Source of the DNA: Neolecta irregularis DAH-3
Taxonomy: Eukaryota
Assembly: GCA_001929475.1 (NCBI GenBank)
Contig: LXFE01000152.1
Span: 51,728-71,727, forward strand
DNA: 20,000 nt
Direction of reading: 5' to 3'
Shown here: one piece after another, positions 19,980 to 20,000 of the stretch
How positions within the stretch are numbered: the stretch's first letter is position 1
How the letters are laid out: each line of letters begins with the position of its first letter
Notes under the pieces: model-generated
Databases searched by the model: none
Told to the model about the DNA's origin: nothing
The model's input: the letters and a program-made list of their open reading frames with translations, nothing else
Position numbers and translations under genes: made by a program

Positions 19980-20000
19980 CTTGGTAAACAATTAGAAAAA

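Overview
Gene-dense eukaryotic (fungal, ascomycete) housekeeping region. The compact layout and tiny introns suggest an early-diverging Taphrinomycotina-like genome (Neolecta is a guess, not verified). I manually spliced nine complete genes and two edge-truncated ones: a Pro-rich C-terminal fragment (+), NUP120/Nup160 (-), a conserved fungal hypothetical protein (-), a 74-aa I78-family protease inhibitor the ORF track captures only in part (+), NAT1 (-) head-to-head with SEC13 (+), an IPT1-like inositolphosphotransferase (+), glycogen synthase (-), mitochondrial ribosomal S11 (-), SGT2 (-) and the last exon of a PX/BAR-like protein (-). I found no mobile element, CRISPR array or recognisable RNA gene, and no clear novel multi-gene system. 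The strongest signal is splicing architecture: 38 inferred introns, all 32-48 nt (median 37), with degenerate donors, 3 GC-AG introns and 10 purine-AG (AAG/GAG) acceptors. Other points of interest are the IPT1-type enzyme with a possible CUG start and overlapping uORF, phased tandem repeats in three intergenic regions, and a GC-rich island centred on the NAT1/SEC13 promoter. Family assignments come from remembered motifs, not database searches, and introns are inferred from reading-frame restoration without RNA data.
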